A stretch of 64,000 bases of DNA, from positions 13,377 to 77,376 of the forward strand of contig CP070802.1 of assembly GCA_020343595.1 (NCBI GenBank). Direction: 5' to 3'. The translations under genes and the position numbers were made by a program. Source of the stretch: a candidate division WOR-3 bacterium. Its GTDB lineage: Bacteria; Hydrothermota; Tepidihabitantia; SM23-42. The notes under the pieces were generated by a model that did no database searches, had not been told where the DNA came from, and saw only the letters and a program-made list of their open reading frames with translations. This document shows positions 29,231 through 38,386 of this stretch, piece after piece (positions within the stretch are counted from its first letter, which is position 1; the number at the start of each line of letters is the position of its first letter).

Positions 29231-31336
29231 TCACTGGCCGTTGATCAGAAATCGATAAATCTCCCTTCGACCCAAAATAGACTTTACATAGTTGCGTGTT
29301 TCATCGTAGGGTATGAGTTCTACAAATGCCTCCAGTTCGGCGTTGGGGTCGTATCTGATCCACCGTCGCACGCGCACTGGCCCGGCGTTGTACGCGGCCA
29401 GTGAAAGCGGGACTGAATTGAATTCATTCATCATCTCCTTGAAATAATGTGTTCCGAATCTGATCGAGACCGCGGGGTCTTTGTATGAATAGTCTGCGAC
29501 ACCAAGGTCTCTCGCGATCGTTCTTGCAGTTGCCGGTATTATCTGCATGAGCCCTCTTGCGTTTGCCGGCGAGACAGCGAGTGGGTCGAAGAGGCTCTCC
29601 TGCCATATCATGGCAAGAGTGAGACTCAATTCAGGATAGTTTTCGGCGATAGTGAAGGCGTAGCGTATCGGATATTGCAGCCTCAACAATTCGACCGGCA
29701 ATTTCAGGATGTTCTTTTTGGCCGCCGGACGCTTGACCTGCAGTGCATAACGGATCGATTGTTTATCCTCGCCGTATTGTGCGCATAGTTTGCTCAGGAA
29801 CACCAGGTCTTGTGGACCTTGTGCACTGACCATTTTCAATTCGGCGACCGCATGCTCGTTTTCATTCAATTGGAAAAATTCCACTGCATTATACATGTGG
29901 ATGCTGTCTTGCTTCGTGAACGCCACTAACGTATCAGCGAACTGGCTCATCCAGATATTCAGCGGCAGGGTATCGAGGAAATTCGTATGATCATAGTTGA
30001 CCAGGGCGTAGTAAGAAAGCGGATATTTCGCCGGCAGGTATTGCCTCAGGCTGTCCGTGTTCTGATCGAGCCTGTCAAGCGAGCGCATTTGCCAGTATAT
30101 GAATTCAGGTTCGTCCTTTCTCTCGAGTATGGTTAGAGCTCTTTTCAGATCGCCGATCCGCAGCAGTTGCATGGCGGCACGGAAATTCGTATTCCTTTCG
30201 TCAATATCAAGGAATGTCTCGACGGCATTGAGGGTATCGCCGATTTCTTCGAGCAGGAAGGCTTTGCGCTTCTGACCGCGGATAGAATATTCAGAACCAT
30301 CGCGCAGGTTCCGCAGCGAATCATAGATGCTGATCGCCATCGTGTTGTTACCTTTCCTCTCGTATACCCTGCCGCGGTAGTAATATGCTGCTCCCCATGA
30401 GCATTTACTGAGATATGAAAGGGCGCGGTCGTTATCTTTCTTGGTGTAATAGATACGCCCCAGGTAGTAATTGACCGTTTCATCCTGAATTCCACGCTTC
30501 AAGTATTTCAGTGCCTCCGTATATTCGTTGTTATAGTAGAGCACGCGGCCGTATGCTTTATTTTCCGCGCGTGTTTTTGGCTTCACGAACCTCAAAGCGT
30601 AATACGCGCCCGGGGTCTTGGGATGGTCATTGATGAGTTTCCATGCGGTCGTTGTTAGCCGCCCTTTTGCCTTTTCTTTTTCATACATCCTGAGTCTCAC
30701 ATATTCGCGTAATGCCCTGTCCTTGAGATGTGTCAGCCCGGCTTCCACCATGTTCAGGTCGGGCAATCCGAGCAAGATGTCGAAGAGTACTTCCTGGTAA
30801 TCATCAAAGAGGTAGTCGCGAACCGATCCTATCCGGAACATGGCACGGAGGGCTTCTTCATATTTTTCCGATTCCAAGTAGGCGCGCGCCAGCTGGATGA
30901 GGCGGTAATCTTCAGGTCCGCGTTCGACCGACAATGAAGCGATTGCATTGTCGAAGGCATTCAGATTCAAGAACGCGGTGCCTCTCAGCAACTCATTATC
31001 GGTTGACTGGGCGAGATGCTGCCATGAACCCGTTTTCAAAAAGATCAGGTCCCTTTTTTCGGGGGTGATCGGGATTGCCCAATTAGTGCTGTCGAGCAGA
31101 TCAACGGCGCGTTTGTATTCGCGCTGGTCGAGGTATATATCGAGGATCAGGGAATTGCGTTCCGCAGCGTACCGGCCGCTCGCGATCTGTTGCGCCAGCA
31201 AACGGTATGCCCGGATCGGATCTGCCCGGCGGATGCTGGCTGCTTCCCGCAAATAGTCGAGTTCTGGTATTTCTTTTATCGCCGGGTGCGGGCACGAGAT
31301 CAGTATCAGGGCGACGAGAAACACCAACGGTTTCAT
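29231..31336 (-). CDS. Soluble lytic transglycosylase (SLT domain) with TPR scaffold, lipoprotein
   Basis: WQESLF, SPANARGLMQIIP, AAYNAGP, ETRNYV; lipobox (LISC) when started at 31336. Confidence 0.9.
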   Translation of the reverse strand: MKPLVFLVALILISCPHPAIKEIPELDYLREAASIRRADPIRAYRLLAQQIASGRYAAERNSLILDIYLDQREYKRAVDLLDSTNWAIPITPEKRDLIFLKTGSWQHLAQSTDNELLRGTAFLNLNAFDNAIASLSVERGPEDYRLIQLARAYLESEKYEEALRAMFRIGSVRDYLFDDYQEVLFDILLGLPDLNMVEAGLTHLKDRALREYVRLRMYEKEKAKGRLTTTAWKLINDHPKTPGAYYALRFVKPKTRAENKAYGRVLYYNNEYTEALKYLKRGIQDETVNYYLGRIYYTKKDNDRALSYLSKCSWGAAYYYRGRVYERKGNNTMAISIYDSLRNLRDGSEYSIRGQKRKAFLLEEIGDTLNAVETFLDIDERNTNFRAAMQLLRIGDLKRALTILERKDEPEFIYWQMRSLDRLDQNTDSLRQYLPAKYPLSYYALVNYDHTNFLDTLPLNIWMSQFADTLVAFTKQDSIHMYNAVEFFQLNENEHAVAELKMVSAQGPQDLVFLSKLCAQYGEDKQSIRYALQVKRPAAKKNILKLPVELLRLQYPIRYAFTIAENYPELSLTLAMIWQESLFDPLAVSPANARGLMQIIPATARTIARDLGVADYSYKDPAVSIRFGTHYFKEMMNEFNSVPLSLAAYNAGPVRVRRWIRYDPNAELEAFVELIPYDETRNYVKSILGRREIYRFLINGQ

Positions 31337-31343
31337 GTATCTC

Positions 31344-31371
31344 ATTGTAACCGGCATTCGAAATTGGTCAA
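31344..31371 (-). promoter_or_regulatory. sigma70-type promoter, leaderless
   Basis: TTGACC-16nt-TACAAT, 7 nt to ATG at 31336. Confidence 0.65.
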
Positions 31372-31459
31372 GAGTTTCTGGGAAACGCGGATATCAGAAT
31401 TGTCAGATTTGCTTTTCCCGAATGCCTCAGGTACTACGAATCTTCTTTGTTTTAAACGA

Positions 31460-31879
31460 TCAGTACTCGTAAAGGTCTTCAGCCTTGAAAAAGAAATCGA
31501 TCTCCCGCTGGGGATTCTCGTCAGGCGCTGATGCGTGAACGACATTTTCGCCAACCGATGTACCGTAGAGGTTGCGCACGGTATTCGGCGCGGCTTTTTT
31601 GGGGTCGGTCGCTCCTACGACCCCGCGTAGCTTCTGGGGCGCATCCGGAGCCCGGAGGCAGGCAACGACTACCGGTCCAGAGGAAATGAAATTCACGAGC
31701 CAGTCGTAGAATTCTTTTCCTTTGTGTATTTCGTAGAATTTTCCCCCTTGCTCTTTGTTGAGCCAGAGCATCTTCATGCCGAGGACCGTGAATCCGGCAT
31801 CCATGATCTGCTTCAGGATCTTGCCGCTCAGATTTCTTTTCACGGCATCTGGTTTTATGATCAGTAAGGTTTTATCCAT
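31460..31879 (-). CDS. ndk: Nucleoside-diphosphate kinase
   Basis: TLLIIKPDAV, SGPVV, GATDP, NVVHAS. Confidence 0.96.
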   Translation of the reverse strand: MDKTLLIIKPDAVKRNLSGKILKQIMDAGFTVLGMKMLWLNKEQGGKFYEIHKGKEFYDWLVNFISSGPVVVACLRAPDAPQKLRGVVGATDPKKAAPNTVRNLYGTSVGENVVHASAPDENPQREIDFFFKAEDLYEY

Positions 31880-31885
31880 GTGCGT

Positions 31886-31913
31886 AGTATACCCGTTTTT
31901 TGCTCCTTGTCAA
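31886..31913 (-). promoter_or_regulatory. sigma70-type promoter of ndk, leaderless
   Basis: TTGACA-16nt-TATACT, 6 nt to ATG at 31879. Confidence 0.75.
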
Positions 31914-31954
31914 TTTGATCCGTACACAAAGAGTAATGCACACTGATGCAGGAT

Positions 31955-31982
31955 TTGACAACCACGTGGAACGGGCTATAAT
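31955..31982 (+). promoter_or_regulatory. sigma70-type promoter, leaderless
   Basis: TTGACA-16nt-TATAAT, 5 nt to ATG at 31988. Confidence 0.8.
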
Positions 31983-31987
31983 GCTAT

Positions 31988-32767
31988 ATGAACCCGAGAA
32001 TGCTGCTGTCCTTGTTTCTGGTGTCGCTCGTTGTTTTTTGCGTACGAACCGAGGAGGTTACCGAGGTCATCGATGGCGATACGTTCAGGACTGCGACCGG
32101 GAGTTCGGTAAGGCTCCTCGGCATCAATGCTCCGGAGATCAACGATCCCGGCGGTGACATTGCGAAACACGCGCTTGCCTGGATGATAATGAACAAAGAA
32201 GTACGAATGGTAACGGATGTTACTGATAAGGATGATTATGGTCGGTTGCTCAGATATGTCTTTGTCGGTGACGTCAATGTGAATGCAGAAATGGTGAGAC
32301 TTGGGTATGCCGAGCGGCGGTTCTTCCCACCCGACACATTGTATCTGGAAGAAATGCGGGAATTGGAAAAGATCGCGATCCGCAACCGCAGCGGCTTGTG
32401 GGCGTTGCCGGTCTTTCAATTCTCGGATACCACTTCCGGAGCCGCACCCAAGACCATGGTGAGGTCGGGCGAACTCGACGTCATCCAATGGCAAGAGGCA
32501 GACCAGTACTACAATCAGAACAAGATAGTCGAAGGAAAAATAGTTGCTTCAAATAATACCGGTAAGGTTTGTTTCCTGAACTTTCACAAGGATTGGCGCC
32601 GCTACTTCACTGCAGTAATCTTCGCGAGCGATTTTGACAAGTTCCCCGAACACCCTGAGGATTACTACTTAAACCGGGTTGTGCGGGTCAGGGGTTTGGT
32701 AAAGGAATACCGGGGCAAACCCGAGATAATACTCAAGAGTCCAAACCAGATAGAGATTGTGGAATAG
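31988..32767 (+). CDS. Secreted thermonuclease (SNase) family protein with C-terminal OB-fold-like domain
   Basis: VIDGDT, VRLLGINAPE, DDYGRLLRYV, GLW; C-terminal CFLNF...FTAVIF...VRGLVKEYRGKPEI. Confidence 0.88.
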   Translation: MNPRMLLSLFLVSLVVFCVRTEEVTEVIDGDTFRTATGSSVRLLGINAPEINDPGGDIAKHALAWMIMNKEVRMVTDVTDKDDYGRLLRYVFVGDVNVNAEMVRLGYAERRFFPPDTLYLEEMRELEKIAIRNRSGLWALPVFQFSDTTSGAAPKTMVRSGELDVIQWQEADQYYNQNKIVEGKIVASNNTGKVCFLNFHKDWRRYFTAVIFASDFDKFPEHPEDYYLNRVVRVRGLVKEYRGKPEIILKSPNQIEIVE

Positions 32768-32797
32768 AAGGCTCGAGAAGGCTCGAGAGGGCGGAGT

Positions 32798-33217
32798 CTA
32801 CTCGCCGATGATCTGAACGACTACCTGCCGTCGTCGAGCCTTGTTATCGAATTCCGCGAGCACAACCTGCTGCCATGTTCCAAGCAGGAGTTCACCGTTT
32901 TCAAAGGGAATGGTAAGGGAAGGGCCCTGCAGAGCGGCACGCAGGTGGCTGAAGCCGTTAGCATCGCCCCATGTGTCATCATGATGGTAGTGCTGGTTGC
33001 GGGGTATGATTTTTTCGAAGAGTTCTTGTATATCTTTGATCATCCCTGGTTCGTATTCAAACGTCGTTATCGCTGCCGTTGAGCCGATGTGGAAAACGAT
33101 AACGTGACCGGTTTTCAATTTCGTTTGAGAGAGGAGTGCGGCGATGTCATCAGTGATATTGATCAGGTCACCAGGACCGCTCGTCTGGATTACGATCTTT
33201 TTGTTTAATATGTTCAT
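32798..33217 (-). CDS. YjbQ / UPF0047 family protein
   Basis: GSTAAITT, HHDDTWGDANGFSHL, LGTWQQV, EFD; start at ATG 33217. Confidence 0.92.
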   Translation of the reverse strand: MNILNKKIVIQTSGPGDLINITDDIAALLSQTKLKTGHVIVFHIGSTAAITTFEYEPGMIKDIQELFEKIIPRNQHYHHDDTWGDANGFSHLRAALQGPSLTIPFENGELLLGTWQQVVLAEFDNKARRRQVVVQIIGE

Positions 33218-33221
33218 AGCA

Positions 33222-33998
33222 TCAGTCGGTATGAAGAAATATCTGTGGCACATCTTTATCCGGATGACGGACAATACGTACCGCCGTGCCATATACCTTG
33301 CTTAGAATCTCCTTTTTGATCAATTCATTCGGAGTACCGGTTGCTTCTATTTTTCCGCTATGCATGAGCAAGAGACGCCGGCAATACAAACTCGCCAGAT
33401 TCAGGTCATGATGTACGACTACGACCGTGAGGCCGTCGGCATTTAACCTCTTCAGTAGCTCCATGATTGAATGCTGGTGATGAAGGTCGAGGTGGCTCGT
33501 CGGTTCATCGAGCACCAGGAGACGAGGTACCTGGGCGAGTGCCCGGGCAATGACGACACGCTGCCTTTCTCCAGATGACAGTGAATTAACCGGCCGTTTG
33601 CGCAGCTGCTCGATATTGGCCGCAGTGATCGCGTTTTCTTGAGCATCGATATCCTCTCTTTTTTCGCGCATGAATGGTTGCTGGTATGGATAGCGTCCCA
33701 TCATAACGACGTCTTCTACCGTGAAATTCAGAGTGAAGTGAGTTTCCTGCGGGACGAAGCCGACCTGCCGGGCGATCTCTTTCTGGTTCTGCCCGGCGAG
33801 CGGTTTTTCGAAGAGCATGATTTCACCGTCGGCCGGTTTGCAGATACCGCATATGAGACGGAGCAGCGTCGACTTGCCTGCTCCGTTCGGTCCGATGATC
33901 CCAAGAAATTCGCCCTGCTTAAGTGAAAGCGACACGCCGTCAATGATTCTTGCCGCGTCATAGCTAAAGTTCACGTCTTTTATCTGGAGCGCTATCAT
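33222..33998 (-). CDS. ABC transporter ATP-binding protein (BtuD/FecE-type)
   Basis: GPNGAGKSTL, LSSGERQR, LDEPTSHLD. Confidence 0.93.
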   Translation of the reverse strand: MIALQIKDVNFSYDAARIIDGVSLSLKQGEFLGIIGPNGAGKSTLLRLICGICKPADGEIMLFEKPLAGQNQKEIARQVGFVPQETHFTLNFTVEDVVMMGRYPYQQPFMREKREDIDAQENAITAANIEQLRKRPVNSLSSGERQRVVIARALAQVPRLLVLDEPTSHLDLHHQHSIMELLKRLNADGLTVVVVHHDLNLASLYCRRLLLMHSGKIEATGTPNELIKKEILSKVYGTAVRIVRHPDKDVPQIFLHTD

Positions 33999-34900
33999 TT
34001 CTTGTACAGGTAGATAAAGAAGGGTACGCCGACGAGAGAGGTAACAACACCCACCGGCAATTCGTAGACAGTGATTATGCGCGATATGGTATCGGCGATG
34101 AGCAGGAATGTTGCGCCGAGAACGAGCGAAGCACCGAGATTGTATCGGTGCTTAGGCCCAAAGATTAGTTTTGCCACATGTGGTATGATCAGCCCGACAA
34201 AGCCGATCGCACCGACGATCGATACCGTAAGGCCGATGAGCAGGGCACTCGAAAAGAAAATAACGAGCGAGAAGTTCTGAATGTTGATGCCGAGTCCGGC
34301 GGCTGTTTCCGTGCCTTGAGAGATGACATCCAGCTCGCGGTGGAACCGGTAGAGGAAAGCGACAAGCCCGAGGGAGACGATCATCAACGCAATGATCATT
34401 ATTCGGTTTGAATCGTTAATGATGACGCCGAGATAGCCCATGAGCAGATAGAGGATTTCGTATAATTCGCGTCCTCCCATTACCATGATGATCATGACGA
34501 GCGATGAACATAGAAAACTCATTACCACACCGGCGAGGATGAGACGGTCCCGCAACAGCCCACCCTCGATACGCGCAACAGTATAGACGAAAAAACCAGT
34601 GCCGAGCGAGCCGAGGAAGGCAAGGAACGGGTTTATCGTTCCGAACACGAGGATGCCGATCGACGCCCCGAGAGCGGCGCCGGATGCAGAGCCCAGGGTA
34701 TAGGGTTCTACCAGCGGGTTGCCGAACAGCCCCTGGAGCAAACAGCCGCAGAATGCGAGCACGCCGCCGGCAAAGATACCGAGGACGACTCTCCAGATAC
34801 GCAATTGCAGGATCTGCGCGTCGAGCGATGTTGGTCCGATGAGGATGCCGCACGCCACGGCGGCGAGGAAGACGATGATAATGAGTGCTGTTTTGGTCAT
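33995..34900 (-). CDS. FecCD/BtuC-family ABC permease
   Basis: LRIWRV, QGLFGNPLVEPYTLG, GAIGFVGLIIPH, LPVGVVT; ATGA overlap at 34897-34900. Confidence 0.93.
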   Translation of the reverse strand: MTKTALIIIVFLAAVACGILIGPTSLDAQILQLRIWRVVLGIFAGGVLAFCGCLLQGLFGNPLVEPYTLGSASGAALGASIGILVFGTINPFLAFLGSLGTGFFVYTVARIEGGLLRDRLILAGVVMSFLCSSLVMIIMVMGGRELYEILYLLMGYLGVIINDSNRIMIIALMIVSLGLVAFLYRFHRELDVISQGTETAAGLGINIQNFSLVIFFSSALLIGLTVSIVGAIGFVGLIIPHVAKLIFGPKHRYNLGASLVLGATFLLIADTISRIITVYELPVGVVTSLVGVPFFIYLYKK

Positions 34901-35706
34901 TTCAGTATTTCGCAAAGCTTATTGAAACCCTGTATTAACCGCGGGCCCGGTCGCATGAAGTGGTCAGGATCTAAATCGTCATACACAAGATTATTTTGCA
35001 TTGCCTCGATGTTCTGCCATCCAGTACGGCCGGTTATTCTTTCCGGGTGTAGCACGAGGATGATCTCTGGATCTCTGGCTATGACCGACTCTTGGGTGAC
35101 CACAGGATAGGCGCGGTTTAGATCGCCAAAGATGTTTGTGCCGCCTGCGTCATGGATGAGGCTGTTCAGGAACGTAGTGGAGCCGACGGTGACCAGCGGC
35201 CGCGGTGAAATTTCAATGTAAACCTTTTTTCGTTTAGCCGGCACGACTGGTTTGAGATTGCTTTTCATGTAAGATATCAAGGAGTCTGCCGCGCTTTGCA
35301 CTGCGATCGCTGCACCGAGTTCCGATATTTCTTCGTACATTTCAGCCAGCGATGCCGGAGAAGAAACGAAAGTCCTGATATTCAATTTGTCGAGTTCTCG
35401 TTTTATGCGCCCCTGTTCAGGTAAATTGACGATCACGAGGTCGGGTTTCAGCCCGACGATCCGCTCAACCGATGGATTGGAGAAATCACCGACCTTCGCG
35501 ATCTTCTTTGTTTCCGCCGGAAAATCGCAGAATGTAGTGACACCGACTAATTTGCTTCCGGCACCAAGACTGAAAAGTATCTCGGTCATTGCCGGGGAGA
35601 GTGATACAACGCGGTAGTCGTTTCCTTTTTTTTCTTGAGCGCACGTTAAGAATGCGAATACAAGCAGAACTGCTGCAAAGATAATGCTATGTCGGGATGG
35701 AAGCAT
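34897..35706 (-). CDS. Periplasmic binding protein, BtuF/cobalamin-like
   Basis: RVVSLSPAMTEILFSLG, VGVTTFCDFP, RPGPRL. Confidence 0.88.
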   Translation of the reverse strand: MLPSRHSIIFAAVLLVFAFLTCAQEKKGNDYRVVSLSPAMTEILFSLGAGSKLVGVTTFCDFPAETKKIAKVGDFSNPSVERIVGLKPDLVIVNLPEQGRIKRELDKLNIRTFVSSPASLAEMYEEISELGAAIAVQSAADSLISYMKSNLKPVVPAKRKKVYIEISPRPLVTVGSTTFLNSLIHDAGGTNIFGDLNRAYPVVTQESVIARDPEIILVLHPERITGRTGWQNIEAMQNNLVYDDLDPDHFMRPGPRLIQGFNKLCEILK

Positions 35707-35715
35707 TAACGAATT

Positions 35716-36369
35716 CTACTTCTGCTTGGGCTTTTTTTCTCTGGTCGCGAGGTATTTGTCCCAGTATTTGCGGTAATCTGCTTGTTTAAGGTTTTCTACA
35801 CCCTGCTTCTTTACATAGTCAGAAAAGTTGGAAAACACCTTTACTTCGTGAATATAGTTCCAGTAGGTAAGGGGGAGTCCGATGATCAATACGTAGGCGA
35901 CCAGGAAGAGGGATCCATAGCCCAGTGCGATGGAAAATATCAGGGCACAGATACTCAAGTAGAAATGCCAGATGCGACGGATATTACTCAGTTTTTTCCG
36001 GAAAGCCATCTGTCGCAGGTATACTGATAGGATCAACACCAAAACCCCGATAATGTTTACGAATGGGTAGAATCCAATTTGATTCTTCGGCCACCAGATG
36101 ACGGTGGCGATACCGATCACAAACGATGAGTAGAAGAAAAGAGCGAACAGAGCGCGCGACAGCCAGAAATAGAGGGAGTCGGGAATGAGCCCTGATTGGA
36201 AAAAGAGATTCTTGTTGTAGTATTCGTAGGCCATCCAGACAACGAGGATCATGGTGAAGACATAGGGTATAAACCAGTTATTGAAGGGTTTGAAGCAATT
36301 GTAAAAGAACAATCCTGCATAGAGGACGACGAATACTACCCACGCAATTCTTTTCCAGTTAATTTTCAT
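35716..36369 (-). CDS. Hypothetical multi-pass membrane protein
   Basis: About 6 hydrophobic segments; start at ATG 36369 (MKINWKR) just after the upstream gene. Confidence 0.7.
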   Translation of the reverse strand: MKINWKRIAWVVFVVLYAGLFFYNCFKPFNNWFIPYVFTMILVVWMAYEYYNKNLFFQSGLIPDSLYFWLSRALFALFFYSSFVIGIATVIWWPKNQIGFYPFVNIIGVLVLILSVYLRQMAFRKKLSNIRRIWHFYLSICALIFSIALGYGSLFLVAYVLIIGLPLTYWNYIHEVKVFSNFSDYVKKQGVENLKQADYRKYWDKYLATREKKPKQK

Positions 36370-36373
36370 TGTC

Positions 36374-37303
36374 TTACCTTCCATGATAGTAGTCAAAGAT
36401 GCGGTTGCCGGTTTTTTCATCGGGAATGAGCACGCTGTTTGTTTGTTTGATCTCACCCCAGGTAAGGCAGCCGGTTTCGTTACAGAACTCGGAGATCTGC
36501 GCACGCTTCATTTCGGCCTTTCTGAATTTCGTCTCGAAGGCGACGTTCTCGATCAATTTCCGCAGACTCAGTGTTTGGACTTTATCATTGCTGAGGAAGA
36601 GTTTTTCCGGAAAAAGAATGACGTCCACTTGTTCATTCTGTGCGACGGTTGAAAGAACATGGTCAGCAATGCTGCCCGCAACAATGATCTCCCTGTTTAG
36701 TTCTTTCTCTATTCTGCGAGTGAAGTCGCGTACCAGGCGGGTCCTGACAGTATCCTCTTTGGCTTTTATCGCCGAAATGCTGGTATCGGTGAGTGCTCTC
36801 TGGCGAATATTCAGTTTGATGAGGGACGGCGGTATCTCGAGGAGTGGTTTGTTAATGACCCACAGTATGTCGCTGCGTTCCTTGAGCAGGGACAATGTCA
36901 CCCTGTCTTCCATGGTCAACGAATCCTTCGCACTGCAGATCATGGCAAAGCGAATCCCGCCGAAGTTCTTTATCGCGTACCCCATTGATCTCGACATAGG
37001 AAAATAACTGCCGCCGTATACCAGGGTATCACCGATCACGAAGTCGAAGGCGAGAGTATTAAGCAATTCATGGAGGCCCATCTTATGTAAATAATACTCC
37101 ATGAATGGCGGTTCGGTTAAAGTATGGGCCAACGCGATCGCATCCGGGTTTGTTGCTGCAGCGCAGAAAGGTTTTTCCCGATTGATGTCATCCCAGATGG
37201 AGCCGATGTACACGACATTGATGCTACGGGTTCGGGGCGAGACACCGGGTATGCAGGAAAGTAATATAAGAAGGAAAGTTGCCAGCAGCAGACGCAATTT
37301 CAC
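36374..37303 (-). CDS. Hypothetical lipoprotein
   Basis: Lipobox (LLSC), 309 aa, first gene of the transcription unit. Confidence 0.75.
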   Translation of the reverse strand: MKLRLLLATFLLILLSCIPGVSPRTRSINVVYIGSIWDDINREKPFCAAATNPDAIALAHTLTEPPFMEYYLHKMGLHELLNTLAFDFVIGDTLVYGGSYFPMSRSMGYAIKNFGGIRFAMICSAKDSLTMEDRVTLSLLKERSDILWVINKPLLEIPPSLIKLNIRQRALTDTSISAIKAKEDTVRTRLVRDFTRRIEKELNREIIVAGSIADHVLSTVAQNEQVDVILFPEKLFLSNDKVQTLSLRKLIENVAFETKFRKAEMKRAQISEFCNETGCLTWGEIKQTNSVLIPDEKTGNRIFDYYHGR

Positions 37304-37308
37304 GAGCT

Positions 37309-37336
37309 ATTATAACAAGTGGACTATAGATGTCAA
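37309..37336 (-). promoter_or_regulatory. sigma70-type promoter, leaderless
   Basis: TTGACA-16nt-TATAAT, 5 nt to GTG at 37303. Confidence 0.8.
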
Positions 37337-37429
37337 GTAATTACGAAGGATCAATTTTGGTTAGAGTTTGGTTATTGTAATTTATCTGGGATTTGTGATT
37401 TGATATTTGGTATTTAATTGAGTGGGTCG

Positions 37430-37681
37430 TTATTCTTCAGGAGTATCTGGTTGGATTTCCTCGTGTTCCTGGAGAAATTCCTTGATGTACTGCTCTGCCA
37501 GCTGAGCGTCTTTCTCATCGACCACGATATCACCCCAGCCGCCCTTCATAATCTTGGGCAATCCGTCGAGCCAGGATGTCTCGAACCGGCGCGCGATCGC
37601 TTTTATGTTATTACCGGCAAGCATTTCCTTGATCGTGATGGCAATGAACTCATCCGGCGCAACGTAGACACTCTTAAGCAT
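37430..37681 (-). CDS. DUF2007-like small protein
   Basis: VYVAPDEFIAITIKEMLAGNNI...IVVDEKDAQLAEQYI; start at ATG 37681. Confidence 0.75.
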   Translation of the reverse strand: MLKSVYVAPDEFIAITIKEMLAGNNIKAIARRFETSWLDGLPKIMKGGWGDIVVDEKDAQLAEQYIKEFLQEHEEIQPDTPEE

Positions 37682-37686
37682 GGAAG

Positions 37687-37714
37687 AGTATAAACAACTG
37701 TGTGTGTTTGTCAA
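37687..37714 (-). promoter_or_regulatory. sigma70-type promoter, leaderless
   Basis: TTGACA-16nt-TATACT, 5 nt to ATG at 37681. Confidence 0.75.
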
Positions 37715-37917
37715 CTAATGATTGGAATTAGGGCAGGTATACACTTTAGCACTGTAGTATCACTGTAATCTATCTTTTATCATCGTCACGATTTTTTGTC
37801 TGCGTCTTCAATGAAGTAACAAAAATCAGTATCCTGCAGTACTGAAGGAACCAGGGGAATCGACCTGCGCAACAGGAAAAGTCTATGCCTGTTCCCATGG
37901 TTGACCCAAAGGGATAA

Positions 37918-37945
37918 TTGACCAGCATGTTAATATAAGTATACT
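37918..37945 (+). promoter_or_regulatory. sigma70-type promoter, leaderless
   Basis: TTGACC-16nt-TATACT, 5 nt to GTG at 37951. Confidence 0.7.
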
Positions 37946-37950
37946 AACTT

Positions 37951-38346
37951 GTGAAAGATGCGGTGGCGGTCGTGCTGAAGAGGGGAGATAAATATCTTCT
38001 AATAAAGAGAGCAAAGCACGGCACGGCCGAAGATTTCTGGTGTCCAATAACCGGCGCGGTTGAGGACGGCGAGACGCATGCCGAGGCCGTCATCCGCGAG
38101 GCAAGAGAGGAAATGGGTATTACAGTCGAGCCAATGAGAAAGGTCTGGGAATGCCCGACCAATGACGGAGAATACCTCCTTCACTGGTGGCATGCAAAGT
38201 TGGCAAACACCGAGATATCAGCCGATCCGAAAGAGGTGAAGGAGTATCGCTGGCTCAGTCCGTGCGAGATGCAGGAACTGCCCAAGATGTTCGATGCTGA
38301 TCGTAATTTTTTTGAGAATATCGCCGGTCAATTACCGGATTCATGA
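37951..38346 (+). CDS. NUDIX hydrolase
   Basis: Nudix box GAVEDGETHAEAVIREAREEMG. Confidence 0.93.
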   Translation: MKDAVAVVLKRGDKYLLIKRAKHGTAEDFWCPITGAVEDGETHAEAVIREAREEMGITVEPMRKVWECPTNDGEYLLHWWHAKLANTEISADPKEVKEYRWLSPCEMQELPKMFDADRNFFENIAGQLPDS

Positions 38347-38380
38347 GGCGCGGTCGGTCAGAGATCATGACCGCCGCGCC
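38347..38380. terminator. GC-rich hairpin between convergent genes
   Basis: GGCGCGG-T-CGGTCA / TGACCG-CCGCGCC, 13 bp with one bulge and a 7-nt loop. Confidence 0.6.
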
Positions 38381-38386
38381 GTTTAG

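Noticed and set aside
32766-32795. Tandem 10-mer AGAAGGCTCG x2 (plus a degenerate third copy)
   Set aside because: Too short, with no spacers, so not CRISPR; no other copy seen.
37715-37917. Possible riboswitch upstream of the NUDIX gene (CAGTA/TACTG and AACAGG/CCTGTT hairpins)
   Set aside because: No match to riboswitch consensus I know, and the NUDIX gene has its own leaderless promoter downstream.
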